The notes beneath the pieces were generated by a model. It was not told where the DNA came from. It worked only from the letters and a program-made list of their open reading frames with translations, and searched no databases. A stretch of DNA of 64,000 nucleotides from an uncultured virus (IMG/VR IMGVR_UViG_3300011337_000167) (lineage: Duplodnaviria; Heunggongvirae; Uroviricota; Caudoviricetes): the IMG/VR virus record IMGVR_UViG_3300011337_000167. The stretch is one strand, 5' to 3'. Shown piece after piece: positions 1 to 10,551 of this stretch. Both the position numbers and the translations under genes were made by a program. Position 1 is the first letter of the stretch; the number at the start of each line of letters is the position of its first letter.

Positions 1-1885
1 TCTCAAACATTGCGTTACCACCAGTAATATCACCTATCTTCATTAGGCGCTCACCTTCAGCAACTTCAGCAAGACCCTTAGCAATATCACCACGGCGACC
101 TCTAAGTCCTTCTTGACGAGCTATCATTCCTGGCAATGTTCTTCTCCCTGCTCTAGCAGCCGCACTTCCTACTGGACCTGCTTCACCAGCTAACTCAAGA
201 CCAAACTGTAGCAAATCATATCCTCTAGCCTGCTTCTCAGCATCTCCTAGGGCGGCTTGTTCTTTTGTATAGAACTCTCCTAATGCAGCTTTGGGTGCAC
301 CTACACCAGCGGCTTCACGTTGTTGCTTATAAAACTCAGCGTACTTTTTACGAGCATCAAGATCTTTTTGTAAACGGTTTGCCTCAGCTTCATCTAAGTC
401 TACTTGGCTACCATCAGGGCCAGCAAAAGCCACGATACCGCCACTAGCGGCACTTAATGTATCCATTGCTCCAGCAGGGGCGGCGGGTAAACCAACTCGC
501 TCCGTAACAGGGGTAGGTAGACCACGTTGATCTTGAGCTATGGACTGTTGGGCTTGTGCTTCAGCCTGCTCTCTAATCTTTTGCTCTTGTAGTATCTGTA
601 GCGCCATGGCACGAATTTCTTCGCTAGGGCTAGTTTGCGCAACACGGCTTAACTCCTCAGCATCCATCATCATTAGTTTTTGACGGATACCACGTACTAC
701 TCCGCTATCTGGATTAGCCTGAACCATCCCTTTATTAGCGTAGCCTGCAACACCGCCAGAAGCTAAGCCTTTGATAGTTCCTCCCTCTGCAAACAAACCA
801 GCTTGTCTTGCACCAGCTGCACCAGCTAAAAGACCAAGACCTTGATTAAGTCCAGAAGGTTGAGCTTGATATGTTTGCGTAGTAGTTGCTTGCATTGGTA
901 AGCCACGCAACATATTTGACATAAAGCCAAGCTGCATGAGTGGGTACTGCTGTTGTGTAGCGTAGTCTTGGATAGCTTGATTAATCTTGGCTTGCTCAAG
1001 GGCTTGTTGCTCTTTACCCATCTGGGACTGCATACCAATAATATCTCTTTGTGCACCCAACCGAGCACCGCCTAATTGTCCTAGCTGACTAGCCATTTGA
1101 CCAAACTGACCTAAGCCTTGAAGTCCAGCCTGTTGACCCTGTAAACCTAATTGAGCGCCAAACTGTTGTTGGCGTTGTGCATCTTCAAATGCTTTTTGTG
1201 ACCCAGTAGCAGCAATACCTTGCAGTTGGCTACCTAGTGAACGTTCTGCCTCAGCTTCCATAATAGCTTGGCGACTACCACCAAACGCACCAGCACCAAT
1301 AGCTTGTCTAGCCCGCATCGGGGCAGCCATTTGATAATCCCGTAACGCCTGTGACTTTTGATAGTCCACCACGTTTTGCATGTAAGGTGACATGTAACCT
1401 TGCATAGCCCTTGGATCTTGAGCTTGTTGTGCAAATTGTTGCCCAGCACCAGCCATTTGTCCTGATAAACCTAAAGCCCCAAGACCTGCTAAGCCAGTCA
1501 TTTGAGTAGCTTGACCGTATTCACCAGGAACTTGCAACTGCCCAGTAGCTTGTTGCGCTTGCTGTTGCATCGGGCTAAAGCCCGCAAAATAATTGTTTAC
1601 GTCAGTGCTATATGGTTTGTACGGCCTAAAGCCAGTAATGTCATAACCACCCTCTGCAGTAGGAGTGCCTTCAAATAACTGTTTCTGGGTAGCCCCCAGC
1701 ATTGTGGTTACATATGGCTTTGCGTACTCAGGGATATTAGTATTGTAAGTAGTTGATTGAGTTGGTTGGCTACCACCCCCACCGCCACCTCCGCCATAAA
1801 TGCGTCCACCGCCAACTTTATTAACGGTAACGGAATCTCCTAGGGGCTCCCCTAGGGCATATAACTGACGGCGTGAATAATTCAT
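1..1885 (-). CDS. Putative internal virion/ejection protein (runs off window)
   Basis: ATG at 1885 (MNYSRRQLYALGEP...), open to window edge so absent from ORF track; Gln/Ala/Gly-rich; position after tail genes. Confidence 0.6.
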   Translation of the reverse strand, partial: MNYSRRQLYALGEPLGDSVTVNKVGGGRIYGGGGGGGGSQPTQSTTYNTNIPEYAKPYVTTMLGATQKQLFEGTPTAEGGYDITGFRPYKPYSTDVNNYFAGFSPMQQQAQQATGQLQVPGEYGQATQMTGLAGLGALGLSGQMAGAGQQFAQQAQDPRAMQGYMSPYMQNVVDYQKSQALRDYQMAAPMRARQAIGAGAFGGSRQAIMEAEAERSLGSQLQGIAATGSQKAFEDAQRQQQFGAQLGLQGQQAGLQGLGQFGQMASQLGQLGGARLGAQRDIIGMQSQMGKEQQALEQAKINQAIQDYATQQQYPLMQLGFMSNMLRGLPMQATTTQTYQAQPSGLNQGLGLLAGAAGARQAGLFAEGGTIKGLASGGVAGYANKGMVQANPDSGVVRGIRQKLMMMDAEELSRVAQTSPSEEIRAMALQILQEQKIREQAEAQAQQSIAQDQRGLPTPVTERVGLPAAPAGAMDTLSAASGGIVAFAGPDGSQVDLDEAEANRLQKDLDARKKYAEFYKQQREAAGVGAPKAALGEFYTKEQAALGDAEKQARGYDLLQFGLELAGEAGPVGSAAARAGRRTLPGMIARQEGLRGRRGDIAKGLAEVAEGERLMKIGDITGGNAMFE

Positions 1886-1894
1886 AATTTTCCC

Positions 1895-2347
1895 TTACAA
1901 CATCTTAGTAAATATTTTATCTGTATGTTTGTATCCTAAATACTCAAACAACTTAGAATTGTCTAAATGTACTTTAGTGTGCATTACAACCCTATTTACT
2001 CCACGTTCTTTTAAAACTTGTTCAGCGTACTGAAACAACCTAATTCCTACTCGACCTTTTCTGTATTCTTTTTTAACAAAATACAAATCTTCAAAAGCCG
2101 TCAAACAATCTTTGTAGTGCAAATGAGGCTGGATGTAAAAAATAATATATCCAATTAACTCACCATCTGCCCTACAAGTAATAGTCCTTAATAAACCTGC
2201 TTCACCCATCTGCCTATAAGCATCATAGTTTGGATTGGCAGGGTAATCTTTTGTTACACATAACTCATCATAATGCTCAGGAAACAACTTTTCAAACTCT
2301 GGTATAAAGTCAAGCCCGTTGACGTCTTCATATACAAGTGTTGTCAT
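1895..2347 (-). CDS. GNAT-family acetyltransferase
   Basis: LYFVKKEYRKGRVGIRL acetyl-CoA motif A and LFEYLGY motif B. Confidence 0.8.
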   Translation of the reverse strand: MTTLVYEDVNGLDFIPEFEKLFPEHYDELCVTKDYPANPNYDAYRQMGEAGLLRTITCRADGELIGYIIFYIQPHLHYKDCLTAFEDLYFVKKEYRKGRVGIRLFQYAEQVLKERGVNRVVMHTKVHLDNSKLFEYLGYKHTDKIFTKML

Positions 2348-4110
2348 GCGGGCATATATCTAGCAGTTTTAACTGCAGGGGCTTGTTTCTTTTTACCAGT
2401 ACGAGCTTTGCGAATCCTATCCATCATGCCGTATAACTTTTTAGCACCAGCATCCGTAGAGCCATTGCCTAAATGCGATACAACATCAGCCGGGACAACA
2501 AACTCTCCATCAGCCAACCGTGCTGGCTGTTTTCCAGCAATAGAAGCAGGGATAGAATCAGACATACCATCCCCAGGTCCTTTAAGCATTCTTCCACCAT
2601 CGGAATAACCTCCTAGGTTGTAACGCATAGTGCCACCAGCAGCAGCTTCGGTAGTATCTTGAGTAGCACCGCTTATATCTCCTAAACCCTTAATAGCAGT
2701 CTTAGGGAGGGCTATAGGCTTAATACCAGCACTTTTACCAGCTTTGCCTAAACGAATCATAGCGGCTTCTAAAGCCGATTTTCTGGCTGTGTCTACGTCA
2801 GTATCTCTAAAAATACCTGTGCGTGGGATCCCAACGCTTTCTGGTAAATGCTCTATTCGTTCTTGCCCTTGTCTGTCTATATAGTCTTGTAACACATTAA
2901 CTTGACCTTTACTTCTATACCGGGCAATACCACCTTCAGCCATCAACATAGGGCTAGACCGCTCATAGGCTGGAACTTCGGATACCATCTCAGCACTTAC
3001 TGGACGCTGGGTTGGGGTAGCGTATTGGGTCTTATCAATCATGCCTTGGGGGTACAAACCACCTTGTGGGTTCATAGCCGTATTCATCATAGACATACGC
3101 TCTACGGGGCCGCCACCACCTTGTAACTGCATAATACCGCCTTGGGCTGCATATTTAGCTTGATAATACGGATTAGGTCTTGGAGCCTCGTAGGCTTGGT
3201 AGTTAGGGCTCATACGGAAGCCTTTTAGATACCTATCGTATTCATCCTCAGTATAACCAGCAGGTGGTTTTTGATCTTCAATCATTGAAGGTAAGAATGC
3301 ACTTCCTAATGTAAGAGCGTTGTCTTTAACAAACGAACCAGCAGCGCTTGGACTACTAAATACTTCTTTTATACCTCTGCTTACATTACCTGTTGTAGTA
3401 GCCCCCATAGCACCTTGAGCTCTACCAGCGGCACTAACGACATCTTGAGGGTTAACCCCAGGAGCATTTAAAGCACTTTGATATTGTTGTATAGCGCTTT
3501 CAGGTAAATTTTTAAGATTACCTAAAACATCCCTAGCTGACTGCATAGCAATAGATTGACTACTTGGTAGCCCACCTGCTGGCATATTAAAACCTGCGGT
3601 ACCCATTTCCCTAGCAAATTCGCTTGCGGGTATATTAGGATTAAGAGCTTGTAAATTAGCCGTTGCGCCTTCACCTAATCCTGATGTAATTGCTTGTTGT
3701 TGCATTTCTTTAAACGCATTTAAAGAGGCGTCGCCCGCTTGAGTTGCTAAAGCTTCTCCACCTAAAGTTCCTAAACTACTAGTTAAACCAGCACCACCAA
3801 AAGCACCTAAACCTGCCATGAGACCCTTGGTAATACTACCCGTAGCCAAACCATAGCCACCACCAACCAATAAAGCCGCCATAGGTGCACCTACGCCAGT
3901 AGCCGCAAGGGCTGCACCTGCTAATGTAGGAAGAAGCCTCTTTAAAAAACCTGCTTCTGCTAAACCTGTATTAGGGTTAATTGTTAGGGAACCACCGTGC
4001 GCCAAAGCTAAAGCCTGAAGACCTTTTATCTCACCCTTAGTCATATGGACTAATTCGGTGTCACCCCCACGACCATAGGAGGCTAAATGTTGGGCTGCTG
4101 CATGGCTCAT
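2344..4110 (-). CDS. Putative internal virion/ejection protein
   Basis: Likely start MSHAAAQHL at 4110; GRGGDTELVH N-terminus, Gly/Ala hydrophobic segments, C-terminal GPGDGMSDSIPA..LADGEFVVPADVVS motif common in such phage proteins. Confidence 0.6.
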   Translation of the reverse strand: MSHAAAQHLASYGRGGDTELVHMTKGEIKGLQALALAHGGSLTINPNTGLAEAGFLKRLLPTLAGAALAATGVGAPMAALLVGGGYGLATGSITKGLMAGLGAFGGAGLTSSLGTLGGEALATQAGDASLNAFKEMQQQAITSGLGEGATANLQALNPNIPASEFAREMGTAGFNMPAGGLPSSQSIAMQSARDVLGNLKNLPESAIQQYQSALNAPGVNPQDVVSAAGRAQGAMGATTTGNVSRGIKEVFSSPSAAGSFVKDNALTLGSAFLPSMIEDQKPPAGYTEDEYDRYLKGFRMSPNYQAYEAPRPNPYYQAKYAAQGGIMQLQGGGGPVERMSMMNTAMNPQGGLYPQGMIDKTQYATPTQRPVSAEMVSEVPAYERSSPMLMAEGGIARYRSKGQVNVLQDYIDRQGQERIEHLPESVGIPRTGIFRDTDVDTARKSALEAAMIRLGKAGKSAGIKPIALPKTAIKGLGDISGATQDTTEAAAGGTMRYNLGGYSDGGRMLKGPGDGMSDSIPASIAGKQPARLADGEFVVPADVVSHLGNGSTDAGAKKLYGMMDRIRKARTGKKKQAPAVKTARYMPA

Positions 4111-4159
4111 ATGGGCCTCACGGGGTTGAATTGATTGAAGTTTATCATTGTTATGCTCT

Positions 4160-4804
4160 CTATGGAAGCCTAGATACAAAGGACATCGTAGCCACCACAG
4201 ACTGCGTAGACGGCTTAGTTGGCGTGCCAGACGCAGCAAGATGTTGAATGGTTACATCTATTGTGGGTACAGACCAGTAAATCTCAACATAATCCCCCGC
4301 AGCCATACTTAGAAAATAGTTCCATCCAACAATTTGATGTCCATCCGTCCCTGCGTGTCTATTTGGGATAGAAACAAAGCCTGTTGATCCTGGGATGTCT
4401 ACCCCGTTTTGACGTAGCCAAATATAAACATCTTGGAAAGCAGTGTCTGTGTTTCGGAACTGTACGCTGAACTGTAGGTTGTATATACCTGCATTGGCTA
4501 CCGTGATCTCAGACGAGTTAATTGACACATTATTGGCAAAATCCGTAGTGTTGAATGTCATTAAGGTGGCTGTGTTTGCCACAGCAGTCTGGTCTTGGTC
4601 GCTAGAAAACGCCCCATATGGAAAACTAAGCCCACTACCGCCTGTAACGTCTAGCAACGATGCAAGGCTATTATCAATCTGGTTAAAGTACAGACGCAGG
4701 GCGTTATTAAGCTGGTCAATGTATTGCTGACGATAGTCTACTGGGGCTACCAGTAGGTTAGGCGCTTTTGGCGGACGAAGCGGGGTGTCTCTATAAACCG
4801 TCAT
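4160..4804 (-). CDS. Tail-associated protein with beta-sandwich C-terminus
   Basis: Coupled to upstream tail gene; GIYNLQFSVQ motif. Confidence 0.5.
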   Translation of the reverse strand: MTVYRDTPLRPPKAPNLLVAPVDYRQQYIDQLNNALRLYFNQIDNSLASLLDVTGGSGLSFPYGAFSSDQDQTAVANTATLMTFNTTDFANNVSINSSEITVANAGIYNLQFSVQFRNTDTAFQDVYIWLRQNGVDIPGSTGFVSIPNRHAGTDGHQIVGWNYFLSMAAGDYVEIYWSVPTIDVTIQHLAASGTPTKPSTQSVVATMSFVSRLP

Positions 4805-7023
4805 CTGCGACCATCATTCCTAATATCAATACGTGGGCTACCTAATTGCCAAGCCACACCTAGGGTAGTGGACTCAATCCTAAAGCTCATCTGGCGAGCC
4901 CGTATGCGGGTATAGACCTGACCATCAAACTCTTGCACGTCATAAGTACGTTGGTTTGTATAGTTCTGGGTACTGGCTACTTGTGGATTATCTGCAACAC
5001 CATAAGGCGCACCAGAGTTCCTACGAGGACGCACCGTCATTGTTACGTGGGGTTGGTTTGCGTTAGAGCCGTTAAAGGTCAAGTCGGGTAGTATGCGCCA
5101 GACAAACCCAAAGTTATGCCCATCACCAATGTCAAAGTCAGAAGATTGAATGAAAGCATCAATCGCTACTGGGGTTAACCCTGATACGTCATCAACTGCG
5201 GCTTCGTGGTACAGGATGCGGTTATTAACGCCGTCGGCTGCCATTGGATATTGACGCAGACCAGAATCAAGCCAAGCGGTGCGGTTCATTGTGCCGTACG
5301 ACCATACCCGCTCAAGGTAGTTGTAAATGATGTAGCTATCTACTGTATTACTGTTTTCAGAGCAATAGAACCACCACACTTCGCTATACGCTTCGTTAGA
5401 ACCAGCAAATACTTGAAAGGCTTGATCTTTGTTAATGTCGTCAAAAATAAACTGCCAGATAGCGCAGGGAAGGGTTTCAACACGACCAGAGTACATGAAG
5501 AACTTATCCGTACCCATCCAGTAGGTGATGTTGTTAATGGTTATTGCCGCATTAGGCGACATGATTGTGATGTTGTCCTGCAACAACTGGAAGCCCCAGA
5601 TGTAGGGTGGTCCTAGGTACTGCATAGAGTAAATAGCCGCATCAGACCAAACCAAGATCTCCTGACGGGTTGAGCGAGCCATAATAATGGTTGAGCCGAT
5701 GTTTAAGCGGTATTCACCTGACTGGTTGGTAGCGTCTGGCACCCACAGGAACGGGTTTTCTTGATCTGACCAGCGCACTAACAAGGGGTCAAATGTGCTA
5801 GTTGGGTTTGTTGGGTCGTATGGGTTTGAACCAAAGGCAAGCACAAAGCGTTGAATTGCCGAGCCAATAATTTGGTTGGTTTGATTTGGTACAAAGTCTT
5901 GATAGGTATAGGCAGTACCAGGAACCGTTGCACCTGAAGCTAAAGTACTTAACTCTACTGCCCGTGCGCTAACCCCAGTGCTTGCATCCCAGTAATAAAT
6001 AGCACCGCCCCGTGGGGCAATAATTAAGTCTTCACCAAAGTTATCGTTAGTCCAAAGGCGTAGCTGTTGTCCAATACCCACAGTAGCCGCAGTGCCCCAA
6101 CCCCGTACAGGAGCTACAGGCGTAGATACCACAACGGTTCCACCAGAAGCCGCAGTTGATGTGGTTGTAGAAGCTGTTATGGAGCTAATATTAATGGTGT
6201 AGGAATTGGCACCAGTTACTGTTACAGGGAAAGCTTTTTGAAGAATCAGTCGGTTTATACCGCATGGGTCAGATGCAATACTGACAAAATAGACGTAATC
6301 GCCTGTGGTTAAGCCATGCGCTGTTTGGGCAACTGTAAGGACTTGGATACCTGTAGACGTTGCTGTAAACGGATTAGTTAACGTAGTATTAATGTAGGAG
6401 GGCCAAGTACCAGCGCCCCAGCCAGTGCCAACCACAAACACATCTAAGCCAGTTTGAATTTGAAACGCCATGGTAATAGCCGTGCCACCACCGCCAGATA
6501 CCGTAGAAGTTGCTGCTGTAGCTACAGTAAACGTAAAGGTATCAAGGTCTACGTAGGTAATCTGATGCTCGGCATTTAGCTCGGTTGCGGGTATTCCACC
6601 TACGGCAGTAGCGCCACTAATGGTCACAAAATCGTTACTTATACCACCATAGTTAGCATAATTCACCGTAACTACATTAGAGCCATTTGTGGTGTAGATA
6701 ACATTGTTGGTGCTTGGGCTTGAAGAAGTTGTAAACGTAGCACGGATGGGGGTGATGTCGTTATATGCACCGCCTTGCTCAATATAGTATTTAAGATTAG
6801 TACCGACCCCTAATAAGTTAGCGCCTGATAACGTAACCCAGTTCCACATTGCTCGGCAAACACCTTGAAAAATGCTATTAGATAAACGGATCCAGCCACC
6901 AATTTTCTCAGGAAAACCAGAGCGAAAGCGCACTTTGTCGCAAGCATACCAACCACCCTCATTGGAGTAATCAGTGCCTTCTCGATTTACGCCTGGTCTA
7001 AATTGAAGTTTTTGTAATGGCAT
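4801..7023 (-). CDS. Tail tube/stabilisation protein (P22 gp10 / T7 gp12-like)
   Basis: 740 aa beta-rich, MPLQKLQFRPGVNRE start, VRWSDQE motif, synteny. Confidence 0.65.
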   Translation of the reverse strand: MPLQKLQFRPGVNREGTDYSNEGGWYACDKVRFRSGFPEKIGGWIRLSNSIFQGVCRAMWNWVTLSGANLLGVGTNLKYYIEQGGAYNDITPIRATFTTSSSPSTNNVIYTTNGSNVVTVNYANYGGISNDFVTISGATAVGGIPATELNAEHQITYVDLDTFTFTVATAATSTVSGGGGTAITMAFQIQTGLDVFVVGTGWGAGTWPSYINTTLTNPFTATSTGIQVLTVAQTAHGLTTGDYVYFVSIASDPCGINRLILQKAFPVTVTGANSYTINISSITASTTTSTAASGGTVVVSTPVAPVRGWGTAATVGIGQQLRLWTNDNFGEDLIIAPRGGAIYYWDASTGVSARAVELSTLASGATVPGTAYTYQDFVPNQTNQIIGSAIQRFVLAFGSNPYDPTNPTSTFDPLLVRWSDQENPFLWVPDATNQSGEYRLNIGSTIIMARSTRQEILVWSDAAIYSMQYLGPPYIWGFQLLQDNITIMSPNAAITINNITYWMGTDKFFMYSGRVETLPCAIWQFIFDDINKDQAFQVFAGSNEAYSEVWWFYCSENSNTVDSYIIYNYLERVWSYGTMNRTAWLDSGLRQYPMAADGVNNRILYHEAAVDDVSGLTPVAIDAFIQSSDFDIGDGHNFGFVWRILPDLTFNGSNANQPHVTMTVRPRRNSGAPYGVADNPQVASTQNYTNQRTYDVQEFDGQVYTRIRARQMSFRIESTTLGVAWQLGSPRIDIRNDGRR

Positions 7024-7031
7024 GGTTTACC

Positions 7032-7508
7032 CTAGGATAAAAATAAGGCACGTTCATCGTTTCTACGAATGACTAAGCCTTTTAGCACTTTACCGCCAGC
7101 GAGCGTATATTTCAAGAACTCTTCTGCCGCCCCTTCCATTTCACCCCGAATAACCTTTTGACGGAGGGTTGAGCGCTGTAGTGTTCCCAGACCAACATTA
7201 AAGCTAAAGCTAACAAGAGCATCGAACTGACCTTGAGTGAGCTTAACGGGACAGTAGCGCTCCACACCTCGTTCAAAGCGATTAAGATCGTCTCTAAGAA
7301 TGTCATCTACTTCCTCCATCGAAAAGGTACGGTCATCTTTATATTCAAGTGGGTAGGCATCCCGCTCTTCCATTTTTAACTGAGCCTGACGGGGATAAAG
7401 CACATGACCAACGCCCACCGTATGCAACTTGGCGGGACAGCGATATGGACGCTGGCGGACACCCTCGTGGTGTTTAATCATTTTGATGGCTTTATCGCTT
7501 ACTTTCAT
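7032..7508 (-). CDS. Endolysin, GH24 lysozyme
   Basis: HHEG..PYRCPA..TVGVGH, QFDALVSFSFNVG, GLVIRRNDE. Confidence 0.9.
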   Translation of the reverse strand: MKVSDKAIKMIKHHEGVRQRPYRCPAKLHTVGVGHVLYPRQAQLKMEERDAYPLEYKDDRTFSMEEVDDILRDDLNRFERGVERYCPVKLTQGQFDALVSFSFNVGLGTLQRSTLRQKVIRGEMEGAAEEFLKYTLAGGKVLKGLVIRRNDERALFLS

Positions 7509-7990
7509 TTCTTACTAAAGGCTTGAGTTCCAAACCAAAAAGAAACAATACTTGCCCAAATGATCTGGGTTTCGTTATCCCATAGGAGGTTAAGCGCTAC
7601 GTCAAACGACACTTCCCGATGAAAGGCAAACCAGAACCCAAAGATCTCGACAAACATAAACATGATGAACATCCCATAGGTAATGGCGGGCCTAACCATC
7701 GCTCTAGAATTAACCACCCACTGGGACGCACCCTTGCCTATCTCGATGTCGTGCTGGTACAAAGACGCTCTTTCTTCGGCTTGGGTCTGCATAGCGACCT
7801 GCTCGGTTCTGATCTCTTCGACATGGGCTTGGGCTTGGAAGCCTTTCTCCATCATTTGGAGTTCCCGTTCGGTCTGCAAACGAGCCATTTCCATCTCATG
7901 CTTCTTGTCGGCTTTGTCTTGGAAAAACCCTAGTAAATTAGGCAGCCCGCCCGATAGGAACGATATAAGGGTAGTAAATAGGGTAATCAT
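7505..7990 (-). CDS. Putative holin
   Basis: TM segments, VRPAITY and FWFG motifs, adjacent to lysozyme. Confidence 0.65.
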   Translation of the reverse strand: MITLFTTLISFLSGGLPNLLGFFQDKADKKHEMEMARLQTERELQMMEKGFQAQAHVEEIRTEQVAMQTQAEERASLYQHDIEIGKGASQWVVNSRAMVRPAITYGMFIMFMFVEIFGFWFAFHREVSFDVALNLLWDNETQIIWASIVSFWFGTQAFSKK

Positions 7991-8247
7991 TTCTTTCCTC
8001 TTTCTTCAAGGAGCTTGACCCGCACGTGCAGATCATGGATTTCTTTGTATAACTCTTCCCGCTGTTTTGCTCTACGCTCGGCTGAAATGGGGCTGTCAGT
8101 CGGTACGCCTTCAGAAGTAATTAGGGCTGGCATCTTGCCCTCAATTTGGGTAAGACGGGTTTGGAATGAGGACACTTGACCTAAAAGCCAAGCGATACAG
8201 GCTACCAAAATAGGGATGATTGCCTTTAAAACATCTTGCATATTCAT
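7987..8247 (-). CDS. Small membrane protein in lysis cluster
   Basis: N-terminal TM plus coiled coil, overlapping stop/start. Confidence 0.5.
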   Translation of the reverse strand: MNMQDVLKAIIPILVACIAWLLGQVSSFQTRLTQIEGKMPALITSEGVPTDSPISAERRAKQREELYKEIHDLHVRVKLLEERGKK

Positions 8248-8696
8248 TTTTTAGACCCCCATACCATGTAATAAGCTATCCATGCAGCTACTAAAAAACA
8301 CCAGAACTGCACCCATTTAACCTTTGACAACTCCGCATCAAAATACTTGCGGTCTTCCTTCTCTAGCTTCTCAATCTCCGTCTTGATGTCTATCAGCTTC
8401 TGCCACTCTTTTGTGCCGTACTGCTTGATAAAGTCAATCCGTAACTTATACTCCTCGTCCGTAATCTTCTTACGGTGTTTATATTCTTCAAGGGCTTTAA
8501 ATATCGCCCGTTCTTTCCTTAACTCTGCTTCTCTGCGCTCACGAATCTTGGCATTTGCCCGATCCTTTGCTACATCTACTGCTTCCTTCTGAACATCCTC
8601 GATGTTCTTACCAATTTCCCGCCCAGCCTCACGCCCAGTCTTAAGCCCCTCGCTGATCCCCTTGGCACCAGCCGCTAACCCCAGTTCGTCTGCCAT
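8244..8696 (-). CDS. Coiled-coil protein with C-terminal TM
   Basis: ORF coupled in operon. Confidence 0.5.
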   Translation of the reverse strand: MADELGLAAGAKGISEGLKTGREAGREIGKNIEDVQKEAVDVAKDRANAKIRERREAELRKERAIFKALEEYKHRKKITDEEYKLRIDFIKQYGTKEWQKLIDIKTEIEKLEKEDRKYFDAELSKVKWVQFWCFLVAAWIAYYMVWGSKK

Positions 8697-8714
8697 ATAT
8701 CACTATTTGCGCCT

Positions 8715-9806
8715 TTAGGTTTTGATGATGAAGTTAATACCAAGATACGGTGGCAGGTTGGCGTTGGTTGCGCTTGAACCTTCTGTGCTGTTTGTTCCTG
8801 ATGGGGTTCCAGCAGAAGTTGAAGTTGTATCTAATGCTACAGAACCGTTAAGATTTTCACCAATAAATGGGTTTGACAACATATACGGCGTTGCGTTATT
8901 ACTTTTACTTGTTTGGTTAAATGTTGTTGCGTGGTTATGGGTTCCAAGAGCATTACCTGTAAACGTATGGGTGTGGCTTACCAGCGTTGCATTTGCGCTA
9001 CCGCCTGTGGCTCCAATGGTTGTTCCGTAAGGCATGCGGTTGGTATAGTTTGGCACGTTAAACGTTGTAGACCCGTCACCAGAACCAAAAGTTGTACTTA
9101 CTATTGCAAACAACGCAGCATAGGTTGAACGAGATACGGCAGAGCCATCACACAATAAAAACCCACTTGGCGCTGAGGCAGTAGACCACATAACCAAGCC
9201 ACCAGTTGGCACCCCGTTAGCCAGCACAAAAGCCGTAGTCGCTATCTGGGTTGTATTAGTTCCAGCCGCAGCAGTCGGCGCTGTGGGAGTTCCTGTAAAA
9301 GCAGGTGAAACCGAGGATATAGCCCCTGAAAATACGCCCGTTGTGCCAGTCAAAGCGCCAGTAACGCCTAGAGTACCGTTAACCGTAAAGTTACCAACCG
9401 TGCCTGATAAAGCCGTGAAAAAATTAGTTCCGTCGCAGTAGACTGTGGTAGTGATGCCGTTTGGTATGACTACGCCTGTACCAGAAGCACCGATAATTTG
9501 CACCGCAAAGCCACCAGACGTGCTGTTTTTGATGGTATAAGTTTTTTCTACCAAGGGGGCGATTAGGTTGCGCTGGGCGGTGTTTGTGCCTGTTAGCACA
9601 ATAACTTGATTACGAGCCTCGTCTGACACCCCGTTAAAGTTAGTCATCGTGTAGTTAGCGTCAACCATGGTAATGGTCACAACGCCCGCAATGGCTTGTT
9701 CTATAAGGGTTCCTAGGTTGGTGTTGGTCGTTTGACCCCAGATACCAGACTGGTCGCCGTCACCGATTAACTCGATGCGTAATGAAGGTGAAAAGGTAGA
9801 TGCCAT
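8715..9806 (-). CDS. Tail fibre with tail-collar domain
   Basis: PSGFLLCDGSAVSRSTYAALF..FGSGDGSTTFNVP collar motif. Confidence 0.8.
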   Translation of the reverse strand: MASTFSPSLRIELIGDGDQSGIWGQTTNTNLGTLIEQAIAGVVTITMVDANYTMTNFNGVSDEARNQVIVLTGTNTAQRNLIAPLVEKTYTIKNSTSGGFAVQIIGASGTGVVIPNGITTTVYCDGTNFFTALSGTVGNFTVNGTLGVTGALTGTTGVFSGAISSVSPAFTGTPTAPTAAAGTNTTQIATTAFVLANGVPTGGLVMWSTASAPSGFLLCDGSAVSRSTYAALFAIVSTTFGSGDGSTTFNVPNYTNRMPYGTTIGATGGSANATLVSHTHTFTGNALGTHNHATTFNQTSKSNNATPYMLSNPFIGENLNGSVALDTTSTSAGTPSGTNSTEGSSATNANLPPYLGINFIIKT

Positions 9807-9822
9807 ATTAAGTCCTTACTCT

Positions 9823-10551
9823 TTATTCCTGCGTGTTATCAATTACCACCCAATTAGGATCTTGGCTATTTCCGATGTTCTGCCAAGTAACGCTTTGTGT
9901 ATTATTTATAGCTTGCCAAGTCACAGTCTGGTCATCATCAATTCTAAACCAACCACGGGCAATATGCGACTCCGTAATGGTCATTAACTCTTGTATTAAC
10001 GGGGCAAAATCAACCTGACCCGCAAAAGTGTCGGACAGAGTAAACGCCTCATTATTGACTACAACAATATCAATTAAGCCCGTATAGGCATCGGTGTAGG
10101 TAATCAGGTCTTCGACTGACGGGTTAAATGTTGCACTGCCACCATAAACATCGGTAAACGTAACGGTATCGGCATTATCTTGTGGGAAGTTACCTGTACC
10201 TGCGTATTCATCAGTTAGGGTTAGGGTTTCGGCATTAGTGCCAGCAAAGTCCACAGGTCCATCGTAAACGTCCGAGAAAGTAAAAGAGTCGTCTTGGGCA
10301 ACTAGTAAATCAGCAACACCAGCAGATTGGTCGTCTAATGAGTAGTTCTCTGAATTGGTAACAAAGAAATCAAAGGTTGTAGCACCGCCGTCAGAATCGG
10401 CTAGGGCAAAAGACTCATCATACAAACCTTGGAAAGCTACTTGAGCTGCATAAACGTCAGACAGGGTAAAGCTCTCAGCTAAGTCAACCGGGAAGGCTGT
10501 ACCCCCCAATGAAGCAAAGGGTGACTGGGCGAATGCTGAGATTCCGAACAT
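9823..10551 (-). CDS. Acidic repeat tail-associated protein
   Basis: MFGISAFAQSPFASL start, repeated E/D-x-F-T-L-S-D units. Confidence 0.55.
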   Translation of the reverse strand: MFGISAFAQSPFASLGGTAFPVDLAESFTLSDVYAAQVAFQGLYDESFALADSDGGATTFDFFVTNSENYSLDDQSAGVADLLVAQDDSFTFSDVYDGPVDFAGTNAETLTLTDEYAGTGNFPQDNADTVTFTDVYGGSATFNPSVEDLITYTDAYTGLIDIVVVNNEAFTLSDTFAGQVDFAPLIQELMTITESHIARGWFRIDDDQTVTWQAINNTQSVTWQNIGNSQDPNWVVIDNTQE

